Below are positions 18,520-26,611 of a stretch of DNA of 64,000 bases, piece after piece. A program made the position numbers and the translations under genes. Each line of letters opens with the position of its first letter. Positions within the stretch are counted from its first letter, which is position 1. The DNA lies in the NCBI GenBank assembly GCA_041666545.1, contig JBAYGS010000004.1, positions 8,610 to 72,609 on the forward strand, written 5' to 3'. The notes beneath the pieces were generated by a model that was not told the origin of the DNA, ran no database searches, and saw only the letters and a list, made by a program, of their open reading frames with translations. Origin of the DNA: Minisyncoccota bacterium (GTDB lineage: Bacteria > Patescibacteriota > Minisyncoccia > Phycocordibacterales > JBAYGS01).

Positions 18520-19848
18520 ATGGCTTTAAATTTGAATGAGGTCCGGAAAGTTTATTTTCTAGGCATTGGTGGGATCGGTATTTCGGCGATTGCCCGGATG
18601 TTTTTGGCTCGAGGTGTCAAGGTGTCCGGTTCCGATATCGGCGAAAGCGAGATAACTAAAGAGCTGGTTAGGCTTGGAGCAAAAATTATTTTTGGCCAAG
18701 ATTTGAATTTGATTCCCAAGGATTCAGATCTGATCATATATACCAAAGCCCTTGAGGTTTCAGCTCCGGATTTTTTGAAGCAAGTTAAATCTTTGAACAT
18801 TCCCGTTTTGTCTTATCCGGAAACTTTGTCTTTGATTTCGAAAGGTAAATTTACTATCGCGATTGCCGGGACACACGGTAAGACCACGACGACCGCGATG
18901 ATCGGGAAAATTATGATGGACGGAAAGTGTGATCCCACCCTGATTGTCGGCTCTTTGATTCAAGGTCCGACCTTGGATCGGGAAGAAGGTCGGACCTTTG
19001 CTACGAATTTTGTAAGCGGCAAAAGCGATTACTTTGTGATTGAGGCTGATGAATATCGGCGGGCCTTTCTCAATCTTTACCCGAAGATTTTAGTGATTAC
19101 CAATATTGATGCTGATCATTTGGACTATTATAAAGATTTGGAAGATGTTCAAAATGCTTTTGTCGAGTTGGTCGCCAAAGTGCCCAAAGATGGCATTTTG
19201 ATTTGTAATCCCAATTTGCCAAATTTGGCGCCGGTTTTGGATTGCGCCGCCTGCGCGATTTTGGACTACAGCTCGACTGATATTTCCGAGCTCAAACTTA
19301 AAGTGCCAGGTCGTCACAATCGCGAGAACGCACAGGCGGCGCTAACTCTCGCCGGAGTTCTGGGAATTGATCAAAAAGTGGCCCGAAAATCTCTCGAAAA
19401 TTTCTCTGGTACTTGGCGCCGTTTTGAATACAAAGGGGAGACCAAGTCTGGGGCTTTGGTTTATGACGATTATGCCCATAACCCGCACAAAATACGGGCG
19501 GCGCTTCAGGGTGCACGAGAGTTGTATCCAAAATCCAAAATTTTTGCTGTCTTTCAGCCACATCTTTTTAGTCGGACTAAAACCCTACTTTCAGAATTTG
19601 GTCAGAGTTTCGAGGATGCCAATGAAGTTTTGCTTTTGCCGATCTATCCCGCCCGCGAGGTCTTTGATGCTTCTATTAATTCTGAAATGCTGGGTGAGAA
19701 AATAAAATCAAATGGGCAGACAGTAAGAAATTTCCATGATTTTAATTCTGCTGCAAACTATTTAAAAACTCACTCCCAAAAAGGTGATATTGTCATGATT
19801 ATTGGAGCAGGGGATATAAATAATCTAACCCGACAGATTCTGAAATGA
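18520..19848 (+). CDS. murC: UDP-N-acetylmuramate--L-alanine ligase MurC
   Basis: YFLGIGGIGISAIARMF..., GTHGKTTTTAMIG P-loop, Mur ligase central and C-terminal domains. Confidence 0.9.
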   Translation: MALNLNEVRKVYFLGIGGIGISAIARMFLARGVKVSGSDIGESEITKELVRLGAKIIFGQDLNLIPKDSDLIIYTKALEVSAPDFLKQVKSLNIPVLSYPETLSLISKGKFTIAIAGTHGKTTTTAMIGKIMMDGKCDPTLIVGSLIQGPTLDREEGRTFATNFVSGKSDYFVIEADEYRRAFLNLYPKILVITNIDADHLDYYKDLEDVQNAFVELVAKVPKDGILICNPNLPNLAPVLDCAACAILDYSSTDISELKLKVPGRHNRENAQAALTLAGVLGIDQKVARKSLENFSGTWRRFEYKGETKSGALVYDDYAHNPHKIRAALQGARELYPKSKIFAVFQPHLFSRTKTLLSEFGQSFEDANEVLLLPIYPAREVFDASINSEMLGEKIKSNGQTVRNFHDFNSAANYLKTHSQKGDIVMIIGAGDINNLTRQILK

Positions 19849-19879
19849 CTTTTAACTAAGTCGCTGGTAATTAAAAGTA

Positions 19880-19909
19880 TATTCTGATATTCTTGAGAAC
19901 ATCAGAATA
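19880..19909 (+). promoter_or_regulatory. 30-nt palindromic operator-like motif upstream of the ArsR-family gene (copy 1)
   Basis: tattctgatattcttgagaacatcagaata contains the inverted repeat ATTCTGAT...ATCAGAAT. A second copy is at 20190-20219. Confidence 0.4.
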
Positions 19910-19935
19910 GTCAGTCGATTCTTTAACTTGGGTAA

Positions 19936-20220
19936 ATGGCAAAATTGGATCATAAAACTTATCGGGCTCTAGAGCGATTGGTGCGCGGGTTTTCTAATCA
20001 CCGACGAATTGAAATGCTTAATCTTGTAGAAAATAATCCGGAGCTATCTGTTGAGGAAATTTCTAGAAAATTGAATATTAATTATAAAACTACCGCGGAT
20101 CACCTGCGACGCCTGACAATTGCCGGGCTATTATTGAAGAGATCGGATTCAGTTTCGATTAGACACAAACTGACTTCGCGTGCTAACCATGTTCTGAAGT
20201 TCTTGAGAACATTAGAATAA
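19936..20220 (+). CDS. ArsR/SmtB-family winged-helix transcriptional regulator
   Basis: 94 aa. HRRIEMLNLVENNPELSVEEISRKLNINYKTTADHLRRLTIAGLL is an HTH_5-type motif. Confidence 0.6.
   Translation: MAKLDHKTYRALERLVRGFSNHRRIEMLNLVENNPELSVEEISRKLNINYKTTADHLRRLTIAGLLLKRSDSVSIRHKLTSRANHVLKFLRTLE
20190..20219 (+). promoter_or_regulatory. Second copy of the 30-nt operator-like motif, overlapping the arsR 3' end and just upstream of rsmI
   Basis: tgttctgaagttcttgagaacattagaata, 25/30 identical to copy 1. Shares the core TTCTTGAGAACAT. Confidence 0.35.
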
Positions 20221-20229
20221 TAAAAAATT

Positions 20230-20904
20230 ATGGGGACACTTTTTGTTATAGGGACACCAATTGGTAATCTGGAGGATATCACTTTACGGGCTTTGAGAAT
20301 TTTCAAAGAGGTTGATGTGATTTTGTGTGAGGATACTCGCACGACTCAAAATTTGCTCAAGCATTATCAGATTATCGACAAGAGGCTTTCGGCTTACAAC
20401 GACCAGAAGAGTGGCATTTCGGCCGAGAAGGCGATTGCATGGCTTGAGGAGGGGATGAATCTGGCTTTGGTGACGGATGCCGGGACACCGGGAATTTCCG
20501 ATCCTGGCTCAATGCTGGTCAAAGCTGTCAGGGAAAAAATGCCGGAAGTAAAAATTGAGTCGGTGCCGGGACCGAGCGCGCTTACCTCGGCGTTATCAAT
20601 CTCAGGTCTTTTGATCAATGATTTTGTTTTTCTCGGATTTCTTCCGCACAAGAAGGGGAGAGAGACTTTGTTCAAAGAAATCGCTGGCATGGAAAGAGCG
20701 GCCATTTTCTACGAATCGCCACATCGGATTTTGAAAACCTTGGAATCACTTCAGAAATTTTCTCCGGAGAAAAAAATTACGATTGTTAAAGAATTGACCA
20801 AAATCCACGAAGAAGTCATTTCTGGCACCGCTTCCGAAGCCCTAGAATTTTTTGCTAAAAATAAGGACAAAGTAAGAGGGGAGTTTGTTGTAATTGTAAA
20901 CTAA
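20230..20904 (+). CDS. rsmI: 16S rRNA (cytidine1402-2'-O)-methyltransferase RsmI
   Basis: MGTLFVIGTPIGNLEDITLRALRIFKEVDVILCEDTRTTQNLL. Tetrapyrrole-methylase fold. Confidence 0.85.
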   Translation: MGTLFVIGTPIGNLEDITLRALRIFKEVDVILCEDTRTTQNLLKHYQIIDKRLSAYNDQKSGISAEKAIAWLEEGMNLALVTDAGTPGISDPGSMLVKAVREKMPEVKIESVPGPSALTSALSISGLLINDFVFLGFLPHKKGRETLFKEIAGMERAAIFYESPHRILKTLESLQKFSPEKKITIVKELTKIHEEVISGTASEALEFFAKNKDKVRGEFVVIVN

Positions 20905-20925
20905 ATACATAGGCCAGACCTATGT

Positions 20926-20954
20926 ATTGACAGAAGTTGTAATTTATGTATAGT
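20926..20954 (+). promoter_or_regulatory. Sigma70-like promoter (TTGACA-16-TATAGT) for the second island
   Basis: ttgacagaagttgtaatttatgtatagt. Preceded by the palindrome tacataggccagacctatgta. Confidence 0.45.
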
Positions 20955-21087
20955 TAGAAGTGGAAGGTTCTTTGAGTTAAACGGGTTTTAGACCCAAAAG
21001 AGCTAAAACGAGACAAGTTGGTCTTTGGCGAACACGTCTCAAACAAGGGCCTAAAGCACCAAGTGCTCGGCCAGAGAAGGACAAGTT

Positions 21088-21789
21088 ATGTGTGATAACA
21101 AGTCTGCAATCATGACGACTCGGCAGGCGGCCGAGTTGGACCATGCGTTCGGGAGAAACGGTTGGACCTCGGAGGATGTGAAGAAATTGTCGGCGGGGAA
21201 TACCTTGGTGCAAGTTCTAAGAGTTATTCGCAATCAAGCCGAAATCGTCCCTAAGCCGAAATCCCAACCCGCACTCCCAAAAATACCAGCCCCTCTTATC
21301 ATCGACCGCACCACTCCATTCAACCCTGTAGCTTTTATTGGCCAGGGTTCGACCATCTGGCGTGGGCCCAAAGATGGTGACGGTCTCATCGGCGAGGAAG
21401 AGCAGGACAAACGCTCTCTCGCTCTTACGGTATTTGATGCGTCCAAGATCACCGCCGCCAACTTCCAAACCGGTTTTTACCCTGGTGAGACGGTAATCAC
21501 CGGTGAGGTCAAATTGGTTCGGCTCACCACCCAAATGATCCAAGCCGATGCCAAGATTGCCGAGGTGCTCTACCGGGAGGAGGGTCAAAAAACCCTCCGC
21601 CACCTCTACGACACCTTCGGTGTTACCTGGTTGGAGTTTATGGGCACAGTTCTGCGCAATTATCCGTATGGCAGTCGCGGCGTCCTCCTCCTCCGCCGCA
21701 AATTCAGTGGTTTGTGGATCTGGAACCATAGCCTGATTAGTGGTCGTGATTTTGTCGCTAGTAATTGGGCTCTTGGTTTAGCAGGTTAG
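21088..21789 (+). CDS. Hypothetical protein (233 aa), GC-elevated, SD-bearing
   Basis: GAGAAGGA SD 8 nt upstream. No known domain. The antisense ORF 21217-21729 is judged spurious. Confidence 0.4.
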   Translation: MCDNKSAIMTTRQAAELDHAFGRNGWTSEDVKKLSAGNTLVQVLRVIRNQAEIVPKPKSQPALPKIPAPLIIDRTTPFNPVAFIGQGSTIWRGPKDGDGLIGEEEQDKRSLALTVFDASKITAANFQTGFYPGETVITGEVKLVRLTTQMIQADAKIAEVLYREEGQKTLRHLYDTFGVTWLEFMGTVLRNYPYGSRGVLLLRRKFSGLWIWNHSLISGRDFVASNWALGLAG

Positions 21790-21793
21790 TTAT

Positions 21794-21829
21794 CCGGCCG
21801 GAAACGCTTTGCGTTTCCGGCCTCTTTTT
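21794..21829 (+). terminator. Rho-independent terminator
   Basis: ccggccggaaacgctttgcgtttccggcc + tcttttt. Confidence 0.55.
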
Positions 21830-21935
21830 ATGCTTTTCTTCTGTTCTTATACTTATACCTATACTTCATACCTACACTATCTCCCTGTTCCACTCGTGTC
21901 TCTTTTGTGGTATAGTCGCGCCAGAAAGGATTCCT

Positions 21936-22304
21936 ATGAGCACACCGACGACGTTCCGTGCTCATCTGGAAATCGATGGGCACTTGAAAAATGGAGAGAT
22001 CCACAAGGCCCTGAAGGCAATTGATGGTTTTCCTAAACCCGAAAGAGTTGCCCAGTTGCTTAAGGTCTTGGCCAAAGTCAAAACCTACGAGCGGACTGGC
22101 AATTGGAAAGAGTGGGTGGAAACTAATTTGCACGCGCTGGCTGCCAAGTTTCTCGAGTTGGGCGAACTTACCAAGGCCGAGGAGGTGATTGCGATGATGT
22201 CTATATCCAACAAGAGACGAGGGGAGGCCGAAGCGCTTCTCAAGCAAACAGTCGCTAATATGCAGGAAGCTTCTCGGGGAGCTGATCAGATTTCGGAAGA
22301 GTAG
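21936..22304 (+). CDS. Hypothetical protein (~122 aa from ATG 21936)
   Basis: MSTPTTFRAHLEIDGHLKNGEIHKALKAIDGF... AAGGA SD. The in-frame upstream extension to 21765 is hydrophobic and low-complexity, likely not translated. Confidence 0.4.
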   Translation: MSTPTTFRAHLEIDGHLKNGEIHKALKAIDGFPKPERVAQLLKVLAKVKTYERTGNWKEWVETNLHALAAKFLELGELTKAEEVIAMMSISNKRRGEAEALLKQTVANMQEASRGADQISEE

Positions 22305-22309
22305 ACGAT

Positions 22310-22345
22310 GGCCCAAGTTTTGCTCGGCAAAACTTGGGCCTTTTA
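22310..22345 (+). terminator. Rho-independent terminator
   Basis: gcccaagttttgctcggcaaaacttgggcc + tttt. Confidence 0.6.
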
Positions 22346-22346
22346 A

Positions 22347-22483
22347 GTTGAGAACCCTTACGAATAGGGCATGCGAATAAGGATTCAATTAGGAACCGTT
22401 GGTTATTGTTTTTTGGCCATCGGTTATTTTTGCCGGTTCCAAACCCTTTATATTCGTGTGCCCTATTCGTAAGGGTTCCCAAC
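22347..22483. repeat. Complete composite unit of the 35-bp repeat family: reverse copy D (22347-22381) + 'ggttattg' hairpin spacer + forward copy E (22449-22483)
   Basis: gttgagaacccttacgaatagggcatgcgaataag ... ggaaccgttggttattgttttttggccatcggttatttttgccggttcc ... tatattcgtgtgccctattcgtaagggttcccaac. Confidence 0.7.
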
Positions 22484-22543
22484 AATTTTTACACTCCTTC
22501 CAATCTAGAGTACAATAGCTAAAGCAGTTAATTTTTAAATTTC

Positions 22544-22777
22544 ATGTCAAAAATTTCCTACATTATTTTTTTGGGTGTTCTAGTTTTTCTCGCACCATTC
22601 ACCGCTTTTCCTTCGGCTTGGAAAACTGTTTTCTATGTAGTGGCCGGATTTTTAATCGCGGTTATCGGTTCGCTCTGTCGAAAAGAAAATCGCGCCAAGG
22701 CTTTGCCAAAAGATTTCCAAGCACCAGCCGTGAGCAGTTCTTTTGTGGAAAATAATCACTCGATTCAAAATAATTGA
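22544..22777 (+). CDS. Small two-TM membrane protein, hypothetical
   Basis: 77 aa. Overlaps the start of the next gene by 4 nt. Confidence 0.35.
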   Translation: MSKISYIIFLGVLVFLAPFTAFPSAWKTVFYVVAGFLIAVIGSLCRKENRAKALPKDFQAPAVSSSFVENNHSIQNN

Positions 22778-24018
22778 TTATGCCTTGGCTTCGGTCCACA
22801 ATTAAAACTAACACTGGCCGAGCCGTTATTTTTGGCGGTATTTTGGTGGCAATAATTGTGGCGGTCGGCTATTTTCTGATTCCCAGCTTTTTGTTGCAGA
22901 CTTACTCAAGCGGTAGTGTGAACCAAGCTTTGAAGATTTTGGCCACCAGCACGCCATTTGTGGTGACACACGTGGCAACCCCGGTGCCGGTCAAGGGTAT
23001 TTATATGACCTCCTGTGTGGTTGGCTCGAAATCTTTGCGTGAAGGTCTTAAAAAAATTGCCAATGAGACCGATGTCAATTCAATAGTTATCGACATCAAA
23101 GATTTTTCAGGAAAAATTTCTTTTGAGACTGATAACCCAAAATTGAAAGGAGCGATTTCGGAACGATGTCTGGCGCGCGACATGAAGGAATTTGTCGGTG
23201 AATTGCATCAAGCAGGGATTTATGTCATCGGCCGAATCACGGTTTTTCAAGATCCTTATTATACGGCCATCCGGCCTGATTTGGCGATAAAAAAATCCAG
23301 TGACCATGAAGCGGTTTGGAAAGATTTTAAGGGTTTAAGTTTTATCGAGGCCGGAGCCAAAGATTTTTGGAGTTATATTGCCGAGCTTTCGGTTGAATCA
23401 TACAAAATTGGTTTTGATGAGTTGAACTACGACTATATCCGCTTTCCCTCGGACGGTAACATGAAAGATATTTATTATCCTTTCAGCGAGGAAACTGTCA
23501 AAGCAGATCCGGAACTCGGGATGGCCAAGGTGCTAAAATCTTTTTTTGCTTTTCTTTCGGGTGAAGTTCGGTCCAAAACCAAAGCCAAAATTTCTGCCGA
23601 CCTTTTTGGCATGACGACTACCAATCCGGATGATTTAAATATCGGCCAACTGCTGGAGTATACTTTGCCGTATTTCGATTATGTGAGCCCGATGGTTTAC
23701 CCGTCGCATTACCCGAAGGATTTTAATGGCTGGCTTGATCCGAACAAGCATCCTTATGGTGTGGTTAAATATTCGATGGACAAAGCGGTGGTGCGGGTAA
23801 AACTTTTCAATGATACGGTGGCCTCGACCAGTGTCGATGTTTTGCGACCTTGGCTTCAAGATTTTAATTACGGCGGAACTTACGGCGTGCCGGAAGTTCA
23901 GGCTCAAATGTCGGCGACTTACGATTCCGGTCTTGACTCGTGGCTTTTGTGGTCGCCGTCTAATCGCTACACAATCAAAGCACTTGGGCCAATCGCTTCA
24001 ACCACTCCGAAAGACTGA
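22774..24018 (+). CDS. Putative glycoside hydrolase-like protein (DUF4015/GHL10-like TIM-barrel), N-terminal TM anchor
   Basis: 414 aa. Motifs VIDIKDFSGKISFETD, GIYVIGRITVFQDPYY, FDELNYDYIRFPSDG are typical of the putative glycosyl hydrolase-like 10 family. Confidence 0.45.
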   Translation: MIMPWLRSTIKTNTGRAVIFGGILVAIIVAVGYFLIPSFLLQTYSSGSVNQALKILATSTPFVVTHVATPVPVKGIYMTSCVVGSKSLREGLKKIANETDVNSIVIDIKDFSGKISFETDNPKLKGAISERCLARDMKEFVGELHQAGIYVIGRITVFQDPYYTAIRPDLAIKKSSDHEAVWKDFKGLSFIEAGAKDFWSYIAELSVESYKIGFDELNYDYIRFPSDGNMKDIYYPFSEETVKADPELGMAKVLKSFFAFLSGEVRSKTKAKISADLFGMTTTNPDDLNIGQLLEYTLPYFDYVSPMVYPSHYPKDFNGWLDPNKHPYGVVKYSMDKAVVRVKLFNDTVASTSVDVLRPWLQDFNYGGTYGVPEVQAQMSATYDSGLDSWLLWSPSNRYTIKALGPIASTTPKD

Positions 24019-24023
24019 CCTCA

Positions 24024-24086
24024 TCTTATATTCATGTGCCTCGGTTATTGTTTCTTGATTATTGGTTATTGCCTCAAGGCTCCTAA
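24024..24086 (+). repeat. Degenerate/scrambled copy F of the 35-bp repeat (5' half + 'ggttattg' spacer + 3' half)
   Basis: atcttatattcatgtgcc + tcggttattgtttcttgattattggttattg + cctcaaggctcctaac. Confidence 0.4.
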
Positions 24087-24447
24087 CTGTGTATAACTCA
24101 TTGACAGCCGAAAAAACGAGGCGTAGACTTGAAAATGGATAGTTAAACGGTAGACGTGGGGTGTGAGGACGCCCCGTGCGTACCAACGTCGTTTACCATA
24201 GGAACAAAGTCAGTCGTGGAAAGTAAAGTTATGGCAAAACAAGTGAATGGCGCTCCTGTAGCGTCTGGCAAACCCAACGGTCAGTCATCTACCTGTCGGT
24301 CTCGCGCCACATCGGCGGATATTCTCGGACGTCCCTTGTCCAAGGAGCCACCGGCGGTTCGGATGACCAGTCGTTTGGGAGTGGCGGTGAGCATGGAAAT
24401 GCTCGGTGTTCCGGTTGCCGCCAGGTAATCAGTTTTGCTCAAATCAA

Positions 24448-24485
24448 CACCCCGCGGAGATTTTTCTCCGCGGGGCTTTCGTTTG
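24448..24485 (+). terminator. Rho-independent terminator
   Basis: caccccgcggagatttttctccgcggggc + tttcgttt. Confidence 0.55.
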
Positions 24486-24514
24486 CCCGTTTTTTAAACT
24501 ATAATTATTCGGTA

Positions 24515-26611
24515 ATGGCTACTCCTGAACAAGTCACATATTTTGCGCAGACTGATTATCGCAATAAACGCACACCTTTTGGCATCAAAGCCAAAGATCG
24601 AACCCGCCATGTCTATGTGATCGGTAAGACTGGTATGGGCAAGTCCACACTTCTCGAAAACATGGCCATTCAGGATATCAAGAATGGCGAAGGTTTTGCT
24701 TTTATTGACCCACACGGCAAAACGGCGGAACTTCTGCTTGATTATGTGCCGGAGAATCGGATTAAAGACGTTTTATATTTTGCGCCCTTCGATATGGATT
24801 ACCCAGTGGCTTTTAACGTGATGGAAGATGTCGGGGCAGATAAGCGACACTTGGTGGCGTCTGGTCTCATGAGTACCTTCAAAAAGATTTGGGTGGATGC
24901 TTGGTCGGCGAGAATGGAATACATTTTGAATAATACAATTTTGGCACTTTTGGAATATCCGGGTGCGACCCTGCTCGATGTGAACCGAATGCTGGCGCAG
25001 AAAGACTTTCGCAAGAAAGTCGTCGAGAATATTAAAGATGTCTCGGTCAAATCATTTTGGGTTGACGAATTTGCCAAATACACCGACAAGTTTGCGGCCG
25101 AAGCGACACCGGCGATTCAAAACAAAGTTGGTCAGTTTACTTCGAACCCACTGATTCGTAACATCATCGGTCAGCCGAAATCGACTTTTGATATCCGGCA
25201 AATGATGGATACCAAAAAAATTCTGATTATCAACCTCTCCAAAGGCAAGGTTGGCGAGACCAATGCCAACTTGTTGGGTAGTATGATGATTACCAAGATT
25301 TATCTTGGCGCCATGAGTCGTGCCGATGTGCCGGAAAAAGTTTTGAAAACTTTGCCGAACTTTTATCTCTATGTCGATGAATTTCAATCTTTTGCCAACG
25401 AGTCGTTTGCCAACATTCTCTCGGAGGCCAGAAAGTATCAATTAAACCTGACAATTGCGCACCAGTACGTCGAACAAATGTCCGAAGAAGTCCGGGCGGC
25501 GGTTTTCGGCAACGTCGGTACCATGATTTCTTTCCGAGTCGGCGCTTTCGATGCCGAGCTTTTGGAAAAGGAGTACGCGCCGCAGTTTACTGCGGAAGAT
25601 ATGGTGAACCTTGGCTTCGCGCAAATTTATCTGAAACTGATGATTGACGGTGTCAGCTCCTCGCCATTTTCGGCTCTAACTTTGCCACCAATTGCTCCGG
25701 CCGGAGTTAAGTTTACCAATGAAATTATTAAGTCTTCTCGTGAGCAATTCGCTAAGCCCCGCGTGACGGTGGAGGAGGAAATTGCCAAGGTCCAAGATGT
25801 TGGTGGTATGGGCGGGAAAATTGCCACTGCCCCGAGCGCTTCTTCCAGCACTCCTTCGGCCTATCCACCACGAGTACCAAGTCAGTCATCTCGAGATTTT
25901 TCTCGACCAGCCGGCCCGTCGGCGTCAGCAACTCCGTCAGCTCCAAGAAGTGATTTTAGAAGTCAGTCGGCGCCAAGACCGCCGGAAGCTAGAGCCGAGA
26001 GCCGTCCGTTCGAAAGCCGACCGGCTGAACCGAAAAATGAAAGACCGCCTCTTGAAGGCGCCAAAAGCTTCAAAGAAGCTCTCACTCCGCATTTGGCTAA
26101 AATTCAGGCCGAATCGGTTAAACCTGTCGAAACCCCAAAACCAATCAGCCTCAATCAGCTTAAAAAAGAGCCGGTAAGTGGACTGCCAAAGACCGAACAT
26201 AAACTTGGAGAAGGAGAGGCCTCAGATTTGAAAAAGGCTTTGGCCGATCTGATTAAGACTTCAGCTGGACCGACTGCAACTCCAACTCCGACCTCGGCCG
26301 TTCCGATCGCGACCCAAAGTGAAAAACCAAAAGTTGTGCCCGTGCCGAAAGTAGAAATTAAGCCCGCTCAAAATTCCAGTCCTCGAATTCATGAAAAGGC
26401 TTATCAAAATTCACCTAAACCGGCACCTCAAACTGCTCCAACACACCAATCTAATCAAACAAAACCGATACAGCCGGCTCGGCCGTTGCAGTCGGCCGCC
26501 CTACCTCACTCGGCTCATCAAAATCAGCCAAATAATTTTCCGCCCAAACCAAAAGGCGTGCCGGACGAGCTTTTGAAAAAAGTTCTCCAGGTTGATAAGC
26601 CGGGTCAATGA
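24515..26611 (+). CDS. TraD/TraG (VirD4)-family coupling-protein-like P-loop ATPase, soluble, with ~300-aa disordered P/S/A/K-rich C-terminal tail
   Basis: 698 aa. Walker A VIGKTGMGKST. Walker B-like LYVDEFQSF. TIAHQYVEQM. Architecture of the T4SS DNA-binding-domain/AAA-like (DUF87-related) proteins. No N-terminal TM. Confidence 0.5.
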   Translation: MATPEQVTYFAQTDYRNKRTPFGIKAKDRTRHVYVIGKTGMGKSTLLENMAIQDIKNGEGFAFIDPHGKTAELLLDYVPENRIKDVLYFAPFDMDYPVAFNVMEDVGADKRHLVASGLMSTFKKIWVDAWSARMEYILNNTILALLEYPGATLLDVNRMLAQKDFRKKVVENIKDVSVKSFWVDEFAKYTDKFAAEATPAIQNKVGQFTSNPLIRNIIGQPKSTFDIRQMMDTKKILIINLSKGKVGETNANLLGSMMITKIYLGAMSRADVPEKVLKTLPNFYLYVDEFQSFANESFANILSEARKYQLNLTIAHQYVEQMSEEVRAAVFGNVGTMISFRVGAFDAELLEKEYAPQFTAEDMVNLGFAQIYLKLMIDGVSSSPFSALTLPPIAPAGVKFTNEIIKSSREQFAKPRVTVEEEIAKVQDVGGMGGKIATAPSASSSTPSAYPPRVPSQSSRDFSRPAGPSASATPSAPRSDFRSQSAPRPPEARAESRPFESRPAEPKNERPPLEGAKSFKEALTPHLAKIQAESVKPVETPKPISLNQLKKEPVSGLPKTEHKLGEGEASDLKKALADLIKTSAGPTATPTPTSAVPIATQSEKPKVVPVPKVEIKPAQNSSPRIHEKAYQNSPKPAPQTAPTHQSNQTKPIQPARPLQSAALPHSAHQNQPNNFPPKPKGVPDELLKKVLQVDKPGQ

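Noticed and set aside
21217-21729. 170-aa minus-strand ORF overlapping hypothetical gene 21088-21789
   Set aside because: Antisense to the + strand ORF that has an SD, promoter and terminator in the right orientation. The product is G/E/A-rich without motifs.
14507-22483. 35-bp repeats as a possible CRISPR array
   Set aside because: Copies are in mixed orientation with irregular spacing of 0.1-6 kb. Whole genes with promoters and terminators lie between them. No cas genes. Not CRISPR-like.
24156-24428. 90-aa ORF (track) as a confident protein-coding gene
   Set aside because: Low-complexity, no motifs. Only the shorter 65-aa frame from ATG 24231 has any start context. Kept as an uncertain small ORF/ncRNA candidate in findings rather than as a feature.
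24100-24485. RNase P RNA, tmRNA or SRP RNA in the GC-elevated intergenic region
   Set aside because: Could not find the conserved GGAAAGUCCGGGCUCC (P4), tmRNA tag-frame/tRNA-like end, or SRP AGGUCAGG...GGAAGGAAGCAGC motifs by eye. Left only as a generic ncRNA possibility pending a covariance-model scan.
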